A DNA stretch of 64,000 nucleotides, filler included, from Asterionella formosa (GCA_002256025.1; 23 parts of 23 records of this genome joined end to end with filler, not necessarily neighbours in it); one strand, 5' to 3'. Positions 11,176-25,141 are shown, counted from the whole stretch's first letter. The notes: generated by a model not told the origin, from the letters alone. Program-made: numbers and translations.

Positions 11176-13871
11176 AGATTGAGTTTAAGGCTGATTATGA
11201 CAACTACAGTAAAAGGGTACAGGCCTACGCAAATAATAATACCAAGGCATATGCGTTGCTCTGGGAAAGATGCAACAAAGCCATGAAGAACAAGATTGAA
11301 GCAAGATCCGATTACAATAGGATCAAAAATAACCCAATAACATTGCTTATGGCAATTAAAGAACACGCATTAAATTTTCAGGAGAATCGATATTCAATGT
11401 CAATCATTTTAGATGCGATGAGAACGCTTTTATTCACAAAGCAAAAAGAAGGAGAAAGTCTACAAGACTACACCAAGAGATTTAGTGTGGCACGAGATGT
11501 GCTCAAGTCACACATGGGAGGACCCATTATCCTCACCAAGTTCGTTGAAGCCATGGAAGGATACAATGAGAACGACATCAAGCAACGAGATAAATTTCGC
11601 GAACAAGCTTTCAGTCAATTTATGGCATATTTATATCTCGATAATGCCGATAAAGCTAAATACGGTTCAATTATGACCGGGCTGAACACTCAACAGTCAC
11701 TCGGCAACAATCAATACCCGAAGACCATCACCGAATCAAATAATGTTCTCAGCAACCATTGGTTTGACGTAACAAATAAATCTGCCTACAAGAAACCAGG
11801 AGATAATGATAAAGAGAGGAAACAAAAGGATGCAGGCAAGGAAGACAAAGATGTGAACTTATCGTTTGCACACTTAGAAGGAAAATGTTACTGCTGTGGA
11901 AAAGCAGGTCACAAATCTCCTTCATGCCAAGACAGGAATAAACCCAAAGAGGAATGGGCAATTAACAAGGCCCAAAGCCATGCACAGGCACAGGCCAATA
12001 CATCCGACACGAGTACAGTTACCTCTGTTAATTCCAACAACCCGCCATCATCACAAGCTTCACAACAAGCAAATGCCAATCAATTTGGATGGACGGGAGC
12101 TCATATGAAACTACAATTTTACCAAGCATCTGAGATGCGTGACTGGATACTATTGGATAATCAATCAAGTGTCACAGTCTTTTGCAATCCAAAAATGGTT
12201 AATAACATTCGAATGTCAACCAACGGAAGCATGCACCTGGCCACAAATAGTGGATCCATGGTCACTAATATGAAGGCTGATCTTCCACAATGGGGAGAAG
12301 TATGGTTTAATGAAAAGGCAATCACAAACATCTTCAGTTATGCCGAAATGGCAGATAGGTACAGAATTACCTACGACTCTGAGAAAGAAGATGCATTCAT
12401 TGTTCATTTGCCTGACAAAACAGTTTGATTTGAAAGAATTGGGATGAACTTATATGTTTTCAAGCCAACTACAAGAATTAGAGCGGAGAATGCTCAAATG
12501 TTAAATACACTTGAAGAAAACAAAACATTTTACACTGAACATCAATTTCAGAGAGCTAAGCGAGCTCGTGATCTATTCCATGCCTTGGGTACACCATCAA
12601 TTAATGATTTCAAGGCAATAATTCGTATGAATACGATCAACAATAATCCAGTGACTACCGATGATATCAAAATTGCAGAGAAAATTTTTGGACCTGACAT
12701 CGGAACACTAAAAGGCAAGACAACTCGTCGCAAGCCGCTGCCAGTCGTGAACGACTACATCGAGATTCCTAAGGAGCTTATCCAAGCTCAACGCGAAGTG
12801 ACTCTTTGCATGGACGGAATGAAAGTGAATGGACAATCATTTCTCACAACAATTTCTCGAAACATTATGTATAGGACAGCGCAATGGGTCAAGAATCAGA
12901 CAGCTGAAGTCTATCGAGATGCTTTGATTCAAGTATTCCGTGTTTATAATACCGGAGGATTTAAAATTACAATATTCCACTGTGACAATGAGTTTCGACC
13001 TTTGATGGAACAAATTTCCAATGAATTTCAAGTCACTATGAACTACGCAAACCCACAAGAACATGTTCCCGAAGCGGAGCGAAGTAATCGAGTGATTAAA
13101 GAACGCGTGCGCGCAGCATATCATCGATTACCTTTCAAACATTTGCCGCGACTGATGATTAAGATTCTAGTGACAGAATTTGCAAAGAAAATGAATTTCT
13201 TTCCGGCAAAGAACGGGATATCCCCTTATTACAGTCCTTGTATGATTTTACATCAACGAAACCTGGACTATGCTCGACATTGCCAGTATACATTTGGCAC
13301 TTATGTCCAAGCACATGAAGAACCTGTGTTTTCAAACACTAATGCACCACGCAGCCTAGATTGCATTTTTCTACGCTACAATGACAATGTGCAAGGAGGT
13401 CATGAATTGTTACACCTACCTAAAAATTCATTGATCACTAGACGAACAATTACTCCTCTACCACTTACCCCAGAAATCATGAATCAAGTACACGCCCTTG
13501 CTGTGCAGGAGAATATGCCAGATGGTCTCAAGATATCAAATCGAACGGGACAACTATTTTATGATAGTGCTTGGATTGCAGGAGTGTTTATGATAACGAA
13601 GCATTTGAAGATGCACAAGATGAAGATTATGAAGATCAAGATGCTAGTGAGGACAACGAAAGCAATGATGAAATTCTTGGAGAAGAAGACTATGACGAAA
13701 TGACTCCGGATGAAATATATGAAGCAGAACAGCTCGAATTAAATGACAATACTCAAGAGGATGACCCTGAACCTGACGAGGGCAACAATGAGAATAATAT
13801 TGAAATGAATGCAGATGATATCCAAGATGAGGATGAAGAGCCAGAAAATGAAACTGAAAACGAAGAGGCAA
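11176..13871 (+). mobile_element. Ty1/Copia gag-protease-integrase region (diatom type), disrupted
   Basis: Zn knuckle CYCCGKAGHKSPSC; protease WILLDNQSS; integrase HCDNEF..EHVPEAERSNRVIKER lies directly after protease (Copia order). Stop at 12426-12428 and a frameshift near 13590. Confidence 0.9.
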
Positions 13872-13971
13872 NNNNNNNNNNNNNNNNNNNNNNNNNNNNN
13901 NNNNNNNNNNNNNNNTTAATTAATTAANNNNNNNNNNNNNNNNNNNNNNNNNNNNNNNNNNNNNNNNNNNN

Positions 13972-16664
13972 ACTAGTAGTAAAAAGAAAACTACAGTAGC
14001 AAAGTTGACTCCCCACAGCGGTTTCACTTTCACAAGACCAATATTGGGATCAAATGGGTATAGACAGTAATTACCCAAAGACATATGATTCTCTGTCCTC
14101 TTTTGAATTTTCTATAGCAAAGGGGTACATTAAATTCCCTTACCTCGAAATTGGCAGAACAACATCAGAGAGGAAGAAAATTGTGCAAACAAGGCAGGGT
14201 AGACCACATAAGGAACTTCCCACAAACATGTCTCCACCTTGCTCATACTGGAAATAAATGTCTTTGACTCTGCCCATTGACTAGTACCCACCACGTACAC
14301 TGATTGAACCTTATGAAGGTCCTCCTGGACAGGCATTAATATAAGTAGCAGCCCCCTTCCTTCCACTGTGCATGCCAATGTTGTTTGATTCAATACCTTA
14401 TTCAAATAGCTGTCCTTCCTTGGCTTCTGCTTGAAATTACATGAAAATCTCTTAAATTGATTGTAACCACCAGGGAATAAGCAACTGTTTCCTTTAGCAA
14501 CTTTATTAAATCTTCCCAAGTATACACCAAGAGAAAATATAGGACACACTACCCAATCAATTGGATTTGCATAAATATCTCTGGGATATTTTGATTGAGT
14601 CCGTTTCTGATCTTTCTTGACAAAGTATATGCGCAGAGCATTGTCAGCCCACTCCATACTAAGGAACAAGTAGATTTGGCTTGTGTTATTGACCATGCAC
14701 ATTAAATTCCAAGTGACCAGGAATAGGTGAACCCAAATGCCATCATCAGTTCCTAACTCAATGAATCAAGTACAAAGGATGTGATATACTATGTGATTGG
14801 TCATGATTTCCTTTCCCTCACAAATATCTTCCAACCCATCATGATTCTCTACTGCAATAATCTGATAAAAACCATGCAAAAGGTTGCTAAGTTCCTGCTC
14901 AAAATCAACTGTGAAGCCTGTGCCATAATGTAGCCTGAAAAAGTTGAATAGAGCTGATTGGTTATTCCTATAGAAGCTCTTGGACAGCCGCTCTTGTTAC
15001 AAGAATGGCAAAGGCTCTGGAGATACACCCAAGTGATTGCAGAGAGCATCATGACAGCTTCCTCTGCAGCACGCTGAATCAATTCAACAAATCCACTTCT
15101 AAAATTATTTTTTCCTTCCTTTTTACCTATGCCTCCTGCCTCCATCTCAAAAAGAAGCACCTTGTTCTGGGCATACTATGCTGTAAGCCATCCTGCTTTG
15201 TGTTCAGACACACCATCAAAAAGAAGCCTAACTGTCAGAAAGGTATGCCTGGTGTGTGTCCCCTGAGACTATATTGTCCATCATCATCTGCTCATTGAAT
15301 TCCTGTAAAGGAATGCTATGAGGATGAAGAGGGACATCTGGCATCATGATGGTGAGCTCGAAGGGAAGAGGAGGCAACCAAGAATGTGCAAATGAGTACC
15401 GGTAATGAATGTGATACTGAATATGCATGCAAAAATTATAGTAGTCGTTACGATAATTTTTATAATACCATACTTGTACTCACAGAAACGGGACATGTTA
15501 TACGTTAAGTGATGTTTGGTGGTCCAAATCTAAATAATAGTTGGAGCCACGTATGTATATCACACTAGTACTGACAAAAAAGGCACATGTTCGCTCAATC
15601 AGGATTCCATTTAAAAAATTAGCTTTCAGTAGAGAGCTACTACAAGCTAGTCCTAGATATTTATCGGACAATCGTGCTCTATAACGCCGTGAAGGTGATC
15701 TTCACTATAACAACTTCAACCGAAAATCACTTGCTTCATCATGTGTTCGTCTTGATGAATGACAGTTCGATCATTTTCTCAAATGATACCGGACGATTGT
15801 GCGGTAAAGGTATCTGGCACCAGTACGAGGGTACCAGATGCACAGAATCCTGCTACTTTGTCCGGTATTACTGAACTGAAAATACATTTTCAAATGAATT
15901 AATTAATACCCAATTCATGCGAATGATAAGAATGACCTCCTACTACCAGTAAGTGGGTCACAATTCATTTCCATTTCATTGATTCGCTGACTAACGACGA
16001 AAAGGCACAAGCGAATAAAAGACACCACGACCATTTGATGATATCTTTTCCCCTTGAATAAAAGTGTTGAAGTGACCCCAGTGTGTTACTGTTTTAATTT
16101 CCGATTGGTTCTACCCGGGGCATCTCTCGAAAATATCTTGATTATTGAATGTGGGGACATTACTGTGCAAATATGCACATCGACACGAGTTTGTCTGTTG
16201 TTCATTTTGACGTCCGAGATCGCTCACAGCATTTCAATTTCATTAGGTCAGTGACCAACGAAGAAATGCTCGCACAAACAAGGAAAAGATGCCACGACCA
16301 TTTGGTGCTATCTTATTCTCCGTAAAGAGAATAAAAAGACTCTCGACCATTTAGGAAACAGTGACACCTTGTCCCATAAACAAATAAGAAAAACACCGCC
16401 GCAATTTATTAATTTCTAAGTTAATAGCTACTTTTGATACGACTCAATTTGTCGTGAAATATTCTGTGGATGCTAAAGAAAAGACGACGTAAGCTGAAGT
16501 TGAACGAGTGGGGTCATAATGACTATGAATAATTTCAATCTGCCGGTGATCCAATTCCTCATCACTTTCATCTCACTTACTTCGAATACTGGAAGATTTT
16601 ATCATAAAATTTAGAATGAACACCCTAACAAGACAGTTCGAGAACTCTATGCTCGTAGTATATC
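13972..16664 (+). repeat. Whole contig is a near-identical duplicate of 33515-36202 (probable allelic haplotype)
   Basis: Same start (ACTAGTAGTAAAAAG) and end (GCTCGTAGTATATC), collinear, scattered SNPs and small indels. Confidence 0.95.
14110..14790 (-). pseudogene. Degenerate Crypton-type tyrosine recombinase, allele A
   Basis: WNLMC(M)..ALRIYF..KDQK..YPRDIYANP..CPIFSLGVYL, then after a frameshift GMHSGRKGAATY..GGPS*..VRGGY*SMGRVKDIY..GGDMFVG..GLP. Stops, frameshift and loss of the first catalytic Arg. Confidence 0.8.
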
Positions 16665-16789
16665 NNNNNNNNNNNNNNNNNNNNNNNNNNNNNNNNNNNN
16701 NNNNNNNNTTAATTAATTAANNNNNNNNNNNNNNNNNNNNNNNNNNNNNNNNNNNNNNNNNNNNTGTACACTAGTATCCCGCAAGATAT

Positions 16790-17500
16790 ATGCAATTACG
16801 CCTCTGTATTTTATGGAGTCAAAGGTATCAAAAAAATATCTTCAGATTTTAAAGATCTTGCATATTGGGACCTTGAAACAATTACCTCTATGATCCATTA
16901 TATAATTCATGAACTTCATCCAAGTGATGTAAAGGTTATATTTGATCTGGATGAGAACCCAGAAAAGGGTAATAACAATTCATATATATACCAAGGTGAT
17001 TGTCATCCACTTCATCACGAAAGTAACTAGTATGTGCTAATTGTATATTGCAAAAGATCAGATTAGGAGGAAAACAATCATTTTGTGCATTATCTTTTTG
17101 CTATAAATGATGGATTATGTCAAGTCCGTGATCTAGGAAATGATGCAAGTTTGGATGAACATTATGATCAAGTACTTCACCTAGCCTGTAAGTACTGCAT
17201 CATCCCCGGATGCAGAAAAGAATGGGAATTGTTATGAACCGATACAGGATATCTTCCACAAGAATTCCATATACCTGAAGAAATAGGGTTCTCGGAATCT
17301 TTCTATACTGGCACCAAAGCACCATTGCAGATCAGTATGGCCACTGAACATGATTCCATGCTATTTCCACTAGAAGATGACAGTGGATGGTCATGTGGAC
17401 CTTTTACAATTGTGAAAGTTTTGGAAACTCTATTGCAACTAGTAAGGAATGGAAAAAACCAATTTTCTTGGCAAACGGGCACATTTCCGTTTGGAGACTG
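16790..17500 (+). pseudogene. Degenerate Ulp1/C48-like cysteine protease remnant
   Basis: One frame reads ..D*EENNHFVHYLFAI..QVRDLG..EDDSGWSCGPF..: His-Asp-Cys order with a GxxCG motif, interrupted by stops. Confidence 0.45.
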
Positions 17501-18189
17501 AGTCCTGGAAAGCTTTTAAACGTCAGGTGGCAGCAACAGATCGAACAGACGATTTCTTATCCATTACATCTGACCCACCAACCAAGTCAACATACTTTCA
17601 TCTTGGAACAGTTTGGCCTCAAGTGACAACGACAAATTCTCGTGAGGATATGTTTCAGTTGGAAATAACTGTTCTTCAATTTTGTATCGACAAAATTTTG
17701 ACATTCTATTTAGATTTAAAAATGTTGTACGAAGTATTTGGACGAGTTCCTTGCAACTCTTCTTTCAAGAAGGATGAAGTTGTCTACGTAAAATCCATGA
17801 TATAACAAAGTAATGACAAACTTGCTCCCTTCAAATGGTATAATCATGCACCTCTTGGCCAATTTTCTGGATACATCAAAATTGACAAAAAATTGATAGA
17901 AAATTTTGTATCTGATGATAGCCCTTCTGGAATCAACATGAAGAAGTTTGCAGACTAATATCGAACTGCAGTTGAAAAGTGGAGTAACATAATTTCGGAC
18001 GAAACGAGAAGGACCATCTTAGGTTCTTTGGGAGTGAAAAAAAACAAATAATGGACCATTGGATAATCATTTCTTAGGAAATTGTAGTTTGTGAAAACCT
18101 CGCTCATAATAACCAATTAAGTATGCGAAACTATATTGGTACCATTATCATTTATATTATTCTTATATATTTATCAACGTTCGCTTGTT

Positions 18190-19457
18190 AGTTTTTGGTC
18201 CCACCGATTGATTTCCATAAATTACGTGGAGGCATGGCAACATAAAAATTATCTTTCCGTATCTGTTCCAAAACTTCTTGCGGTTTCAGAGATTCCTTGA
18301 TTCCTGTGGTTTCAAAGCAGGAACAACAAATGCTGCCGAAAGTATGTTATGAAATTCAACAACGCTCAATTCAGTTGTATCATTGCATAAGGTGTCTCCT
18401 CTTGCAAAAAAATATATTTATGAATTTTCATTTCAGTTGAACTTTTCAAGGAATGAATACATGCTAAGAGAATGGTTGTTGAGTTAGAGAAAATAACATT
18501 TCCCCAAAGAAGTAGTTTTGCAGGAACTGTGTAGGAACTTGATCCATCTCCCTTCTCCCAGTTCACTTCGACCCAGTCAAGACATTCACGACCAGAGATT
18601 CCTGCCTTTGAATCATTATTCCATTTCGGATGGCATCTGAAAATAGTAGTTTGGCCGGGAACATTACTTTCAATTTGAACATGATAATAAAAGTCAATCG
18701 TTATAGTATTGACTTGGTCAAGAAAAGTACTACTATGGGTCCCAATTCTTGCAGTGTCAGACAATTACTAATCATTATTCTCTACGAATTATACATCATT
18801 TCAAAGTTCATAACAGCTGCATTGATTGTCTTTATTGTTATGGCCGAAATTGGATCGAGCCTCGAAAAGAGAGCCTTCCTTAGGGCACCTTCAACCATGT
18901 CAATATATAACCCATCTGATGTTTGTTGTATCCAGAATCATTCCTTCGAAATCAATTTCTGTTGAAATACCCTCATTTACATTGATGGTATTTTCTCTAC
19001 TCATCTTCTTTTGTTTGTTTTCTGTATGTAATGAATCACTTACAAAAACAATTTTCGTACCAAGGCAAACTGCCTTGTTTCATATGACCTTGCCAAAATG
19101 TCATGCTTTAATCGATGTAATTGTCCATTGACATGCTTACTGGGTCGCTCGTTTCAATTTATCTTTCAAAAAAGACTCCAAATATCCACCATAGAAATTA
19201 AGAGGAGATCAGAGCGAACTTCCTAATCAGATGAGGGTAATGTTTCATTCCATTAAATTTTTCCATTCCTAAGCCAATTTGAGATATCATTTCCCGTTGG
19301 GGACAATCATAATCTTAGTAACTGACATAAATCTCTTCACCCTTTCCTCTAAAATATCAATACATGTTGATGTATATTGTGGTATGCATAAAGTGTCATT
19401 GATAGTTATACATAACCATAACAGCAATGTGAAATCCTTTTCTAGGTGCATGTTCTC
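18190..19457 (-). mobile_element. Degenerate Plavaka/CACTA-related transposase C-terminal region
   Basis: MKHYPHLIRKF..NFYGGYLESF.KDKLKRATQ (~19140-19250) and FRCHPKW..CLDWVEVNW..VPAKLLLW (ORF 18366-18764). Confidence 0.55.
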
Positions 19458-19659
19458 NNNNNNNNNNNNNNNNNNNNNNNNNNNNNNNNNNNNNNNNNNN
19501 NTTAATTAATTAANNNNNNNNNNNNNNNNNNNNNNNNNNNNNNNNNNNNNNNNNNNNTTTTACCGGAATCAACAAAATGACGGTCTCATGCGAGTTCGCT
19601 GATGCGACGAATCCGTCTGAAATTGAGCCCTAGCTATAACTAAAAATAGGAGTTGGAAG

Positions 19660-19920
19660 CATATGTACTATACCGGTATATCATATCTAGAATCTAGAAT
19701 GTAGCAGGTACCTGGTACTCCTTCGTACCTGGTAACAGGTACCAGGTACCTACCATTATGCAACTACCGAAAGTCAAGCACAGGTACTGTAACAGGGAGC
19801 GTACCAGGTAGCCGCCTCCCGGAAATAGATCTATATCCGCTACCGGTATTGGTATACCCGCACAGGTAATATTATGCCAAATTCTTTTGGAGAAAACTAT
19901 CTACCGGTATGGTACCACTA
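19660..19920. repeat. TA-punctuated low-complexity array (TACCTGGTA/TACCAGGTA/TACCGGTA units)
   Basis: Dense units of the form TA-C..G-TA; similar arrays at 1-140, 38380-38987 and 46125-46285. Confidence 0.7.
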
Positions 19921-20466
19921 GACTGCTTTTAGCTGGTTGTTCTTAGCACCACACAATACATGATTTAATGGCAGTCTGTATAATAGCGAGCCCCATTATA
20001 AGAACTATACTATACACTACCAGGTACTCATACACTCCGTGACATTTGAGGAGGGGAGGGGGAAATATGGGCAGAAAATTACTTGTCTGTGTGTTGGAAA
20101 TGACAAAAAAACAAAGTCTCTCCATAATAATAGCTGATGGGTAGCCTCTACCATGGTGTTCACATGAATAAATACATATATAGATCGAAACCCCCGAGAA
20201 CCAATGCTAATCCATCAGCTAATCCATTACAACAACAATGTGTAAATAACGCTGAACGAATGGCGGACAAAATTTCACTTTGTTCAAGTTTCTTACTGCA
20301 GAGGACCTCATTGTCCTTAGCCCTCCTAGAGGAAGTCTGATTTACAGTGCCTCTTACTGTACGATCTATCTAAATGACAATTGGCTGCACAATGCTCAGC
20401 AAGAGACCATACAACGTTTCCATTAGGTCAGGTGATACGGGCATCCTAGTATTCCTACACAATCCA

Positions 20467-22119
20467 CTACCTTTGACATAAATCACTCTCTTTTCGCGGG
20501 ACTAACGGAAGCAACAGTGTGAGAATTACGATTCCGACTGACTGGATGATCGCCGTAAAGAAAAATGTGTGTTGGTAATCATAATGATCTGATATCCATC
20601 CTCCCATTGCCGCACTTCCGCACCAACCAAATTGCGAAATTGATTCTAGCGACTTCCAGCGAGCTCTTTGGTCTTTGGGACAATAGTCCATCAATATGGA
20701 TTCTTGAAGTGGGTAAGGTGCATTGATCAATGCAGTACGTACAACATAAATCGGAACCAAGAGGAAGGGGCGAGAGTCCAAGTATTCTTTGAAGAATACC
20801 ATGGCATATAGACATGCAACACCTGAAGTGCACAAAAGCAGGGTCGCCTGGACTCGTCCCATTCCAGCTGCGGCGACTTTTGTGCTGAGACCAGAAAACA
20901 GCACCATCGCAATTGGTACAATGACATAGATAAGTTGAACTTGAGTTGGCGACATGCCGACTTCATTCTTAAAAAATAGCGGGAAGAATTTTATTGTCAT
21001 GCCACTACCAATCGAAAAGACTAATGAAGAGGCGAACAGAATATGAGGAATGTATTTTTGTCGCGCTTGAAGTGCCGCATCAGCATTGCCGGATATCGGC
21101 TCAAGTAGGTCTCCGTCAATATTAGATATATCTCCCTCAGTAGCCCCTTCTTCGACACTTTGGCTATCATTTGGTAATTCAGTTGCTTCACCATTGTTGT
21201 TCAAAAGAATTTCTGCTTCGCAATTGCCGCTGGAGTCAGCTTTGGCTGCGTTGTCCTCCTCTGCATTGCCTGTCTCACTTTCGTCTAGCGCCTTTTTGTC
21301 ATCAAAAAACATCATAATTATGGCATTCAAAAATTCCAATCCCAACCCGACGTAAACTACAGTTCTTAAATGATAAAGATCCCAATCGTCCCCCAAAGTT
21401 TGAAAAAGAAGGATAGATAAGAGTGGACCAAGGCAAGACGCCAGCATATAACATGCAAATAGCCACATGTAGTAATTGGAACGTGATCCGACAGGAGTCG
21501 AATCTGCAAAGAGCGCTTGGCAGGGTCCACTCACCACACCACCAGCCATGCCCCACATGGCCATAATAATGGCTAGCAAAATCAGTGACTCTTCCCTTTT
21601 GCTGTCAGACAAATCCTCGACCCCGACCCAGCCCATAACGACGAAATGCAGGACTGTAGTAACAAAAATGAAAGCACCCCCAGCGGCAATAACCTTGGAT
21701 CTATCATACTTGTCTGCCAAATATCCCACTGGTATCGCCGAGAATAAAACAGCTAATCCGTTGACAGCTTCGACTTTGCCAACTGGGCCGTTCCTGTTGT
21801 TTCCGATGCGAAGCAAATAGGCACAAAAGACGGTTCCTCCCCAGAGACCATCGGATATGCCGTACAAGACGTCGAGAATGAGTGTCAAGAATACGTTATG
21901 GTTTACGCGGATGGGATCTGGCGAGCACGGCAATCGAAACACGATGTCTTTCTCAATATTGACGGCGGCATTGGAAGATTCCACACAGGCACGCGTCATG
22001 GTCGTTTCTCCCAGCGACAGTGGGAGTTGGCTTCCATCATGTTCACAAGGCAGTAGCGGCTCCAGGAGATCCACCAACGGTTCACTTGCGTCGCTTTCTT
22101 CTGCCAGCCTGCTGTTCAT
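20467..22119 (-). CDS. Major facilitator superfamily transporter
   Basis: Two bundles of hydrophobic helices with an acidic central loop; motif A GYLADKYDRSK and GWISDHYDY. First ATG at 22119. The 3' end may splice to a further exon near 20370. Confidence 0.88.
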   Translation of the reverse strand: MNSRLAEESDASEPLVDLLEPLLPCEHDGSQLPLSLGETTMTRACVESSNAAVNIEKDIVFRLPCSPDPIRVNHNVFLTLILDVLYGISDGLWGGTVFCAYLLRIGNNRNGPVGKVEAVNGLAVLFSAIPVGYLADKYDRSKVIAAGGAFIFVTTVLHFVVMGWVGVEDLSDSKREESLILLAIIMAMWGMAGGVVSGPCQALFADSTPVGSRSNYYMWLFACYMLASCLGPLLSILLFQTLGDDWDLYHLRTVVYVGLGLEFLNAIIMMFFDDKKALDESETGNAEEDNAAKADSSGNCEAEILLNNNGEATELPNDSQSVEEGATEGDISNIDGDLLEPISGNADAALQARQKYIPHILFASSLVFSIGSGMTIKFFPLFFKNEVGMSPTQVQLIYVIVPIAMVLFSGLSTKVAAAGMGRVQATLLLCTSGVACLYAMVFFKEYLDSRPFLLVPIYVVRTALINAPYPLQESILMDYCPKDQRARWKSLESISQFGWCGSAAMGGWISDHYDYQHTFFFTAIIQSVGIVILTLLLPLVPRKESDLCQR

Positions 22120-22350
22120 GATTGCTTCCTGTCGGTTGGTGTGTCGACAGGAAGTGCAACAGTGGGTGAACGTTTTTTGCACTTGCTGCCGGTAAATGAT
22201 GTTTTTCGAATTGTTTCTACTGCATGCCGGGGTTACATAGGAGCCACGCCNNNNNNNNNNNNNNNNNNNNNNNNNNNNNNNNNNNNNNNNNNNNTTAATT
22301 AATTAANNNNNNNNNNNNNNNNNNNNNNNNNNNNNNNNNNNNNNNNNNNN

Positions 22351-25041
22351 CTGCATATGACGCAGCTGCAAAACATGTATCCACAATATTTTGGGCTTGA
22401 AATTCATTGATTGGAGGATGAGCCTTTAACATAACTCGTAGACTATTGCTGATAGATTGATGTAAACGTTCACAGATGGCATTTGCTTGTGGATTCTTTA
22501 CTGTAGTAGTCACATCTTTGATTCCATTCAATATTAACATGTGTAAGAAAGGAGCACCAGTAAATTCACCTCCATTGTCATGTATACAACATTCTGGACG
22601 GGGATATCTGGCTAACCAATCATTTTCAAATTTCATTGCAATATATTCTGATGTTTTATTGGTGATACGTGAAATTTCTGCTAAATTGGTGACTGTGTCA
22701 ATACAAGTTAGAGCACGAAATTCAATCGTTTGAGCAGCCACTGTTATCTTCCATGGACCAATTAGATCTACTGCAACTTCTGACCATGGTAATAATAATG
22801 CATTCCTGGGTGGAAGTTCACCAAAACCAGTACCAGGTAATTTTGTACGTTGGCATGCTTCACATACTCTTACAATATGTTCCACTCTTGCTTTTAATGT
22901 ATTAGACCAAGGTTTCAGTCCATTAGGAGTTAACCAATAGCCTAACCAATCTGTCTCTTGGACGGCCCATTCACACTTAGATGGATTAATTGTAAAACCA
23001 TTTGTCTGTAAACGATATAAAATAGTGTCCAATAAATGAAGGTGATCTGAAAAATTCATGGAAAAACAACCACATCATCAATATAAATTTTCACATCATC
23101 TAAATCACTAAGGATCTGTTCCATAGTTTCTTGTGCAATGTCAGATGATTGTTTCACCCCCATAGGGAGGCGTAAATATTTATATAAACCAAATGGAGTT
23201 GAAATAACACACAAGTTTTGACTCTCCTCATCCAATGCAAAAGTATAGTATTGCATGGAAACATCCAATTTGGTGAAAAATACATATCCAGCACGTTTAG
23301 TGAGAATATTTTGTATTCGAGGCAAAGGATATATATTGCGATTGATGACTTTATTAAGTTCACGAAAATCTGATACCCATCGGACACTTCCATCCTTTTT
23401 TGGAATAATAAAAGTGGGAGATGCCCATTTAGAAGCACCACATTTTTGGAGGACTCCAATATCACATAATCGTTGTAATTCCGTTTTGAAAACTTTTAAA
23501 TGAATATGAGCGACCGGATATGCTCATTGATGACGAGGAACAGCATTTGATAATAATTCCAAATGTACCTGTTTATGAGGATAGACTTTTAATTTGCCAT
23601 CAAATAATGTTTGATATTTAACCAATATAGATCGTAAACATGATCGTTGTATTTTTTTCAAATGTATCTGTTTATCCACCACTGTATCAATATTTACGTA
23701 ATTATATTCAGCAGCTTTAATTTCCAGCGCATATGAAGATTCCACAATCATAGGTGCATCGAAATATAATAATACATCTCGTAAACGTTCTTTATCATCA
23801 AAGAATGTGAGAGGATGCATAGGAACAATCATATCCATACAGGACATGTTGTTATTTACGAAGTCAATGGTTAAACCAATTTGACGTAGGAAATCACGTC
23901 CTAAAATAACGTCAAAGGTGCATTGACCATTAAAGACTTGACACTTTTGTTGTAAAATATGAGCGGATCGATTAAATTCCGGTAAAATCAGGTCATATAG
24001 CATGACACTGGCATGAGATGAATAAGTACCAGCTATGGTATGTATTAATTGGGAAGTCTCGTCAGACAAAGAAATACCTTGAGGGACTATCGAATAATAC
24101 TCGTAGTATTTGATGAATCGGTATATTATCCACCAATCTTGGCGCTAAAAGGGACATCGGAATCAAATCAATTGATGTTAATATATCCTTAGAAGTAAAA
24201 CAGGAAACCGGAATTGGGCCCTGATATGTATGTGGAACATCATGTCCATCAATACAGTTATATATATCCCGCGTTTTTACAGTAACAGCGGTATCCATAG
24301 TGTATTCAACCTGTAAATAAACAATATTATTCAGGTGATGACTAACGTGAGATATACTCAAGAACGAGTCATTGTAAATGGCATCGCTATTATCGCAAAT
24401 ACCTCTGTAATGGCGATCAGCAATCTGCTGTTGTATAGTAGGGACAAAAGTCACTATCTGGCCAGCAGGAGGGTTCGTGACCACTGAAATTTCCTGGGCA
24501 GATGTATTCTCGGTAGGATCGGCACGTGGCACGGTACCCCAACCGGATGGACGAGTATTATGACTCCATGTATTTAACATACGAGCATGTGGAACAGGCA
24601 CAGGGTTAGCAGTGTCAGTATGATAGCTTTCCGTAGGATTGCTGTGTGCACCGCCTCCACGACCACCAAAATGTCCTCGTCTACCAAAACTGGAATGGCC
24701 ACGTCCATTAATATGACGACCAGTCATACGACCTGCTTGACCACCTTGAGTACGAGGATTCTGGAAACAATTGCCCCAAAAATGTACACCTTCAGGATGT
24801 ACCGGGCAAGGACCGCGATAATCATGGTACGTACGACTGGCTTGTAGAGCTTGATGACGAACAGTTGCCTGACGATCCCATGCGCGTCCGGCTGCATTGA
24901 CAATAGCACGCGCCCTTCCACGACCACTTGGAGTAAAATTATCCTTGTAGAATTGACGACTGACACGCTCGTTTTCTTGACGCATCACACGATTGCCTTC
25001 AGCAATGCGAAGACGGTTCTGTGCGATTGTTTGAAAACTGT
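22351..25041 (-). mobile_element. Ty3/Gypsy LTR retrotransposon gag-pol, frameshifted and internally deleted
   Basis: gag CPVHPEGVHFWGNC; protease VLFDS..DVILGRDFL; RT LDVSMQYY..RLPMG..YIDD; integrase CEACQ..VDLIGP..HDNGGEF..NPQANAICER after RT (Gypsy order). RNase H not seen. Confidence 0.92.
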
Positions 25042-25141
25042 NNNNNNNNNNNNNNNNNNNNNNNNNNNNNNNNNNNNNNNNNNNNTTAATTAATTAANNN
25101 NNNNNNNNNNNNNNNNNNNNNNNNNNNNNNNNNNNNNNNNN

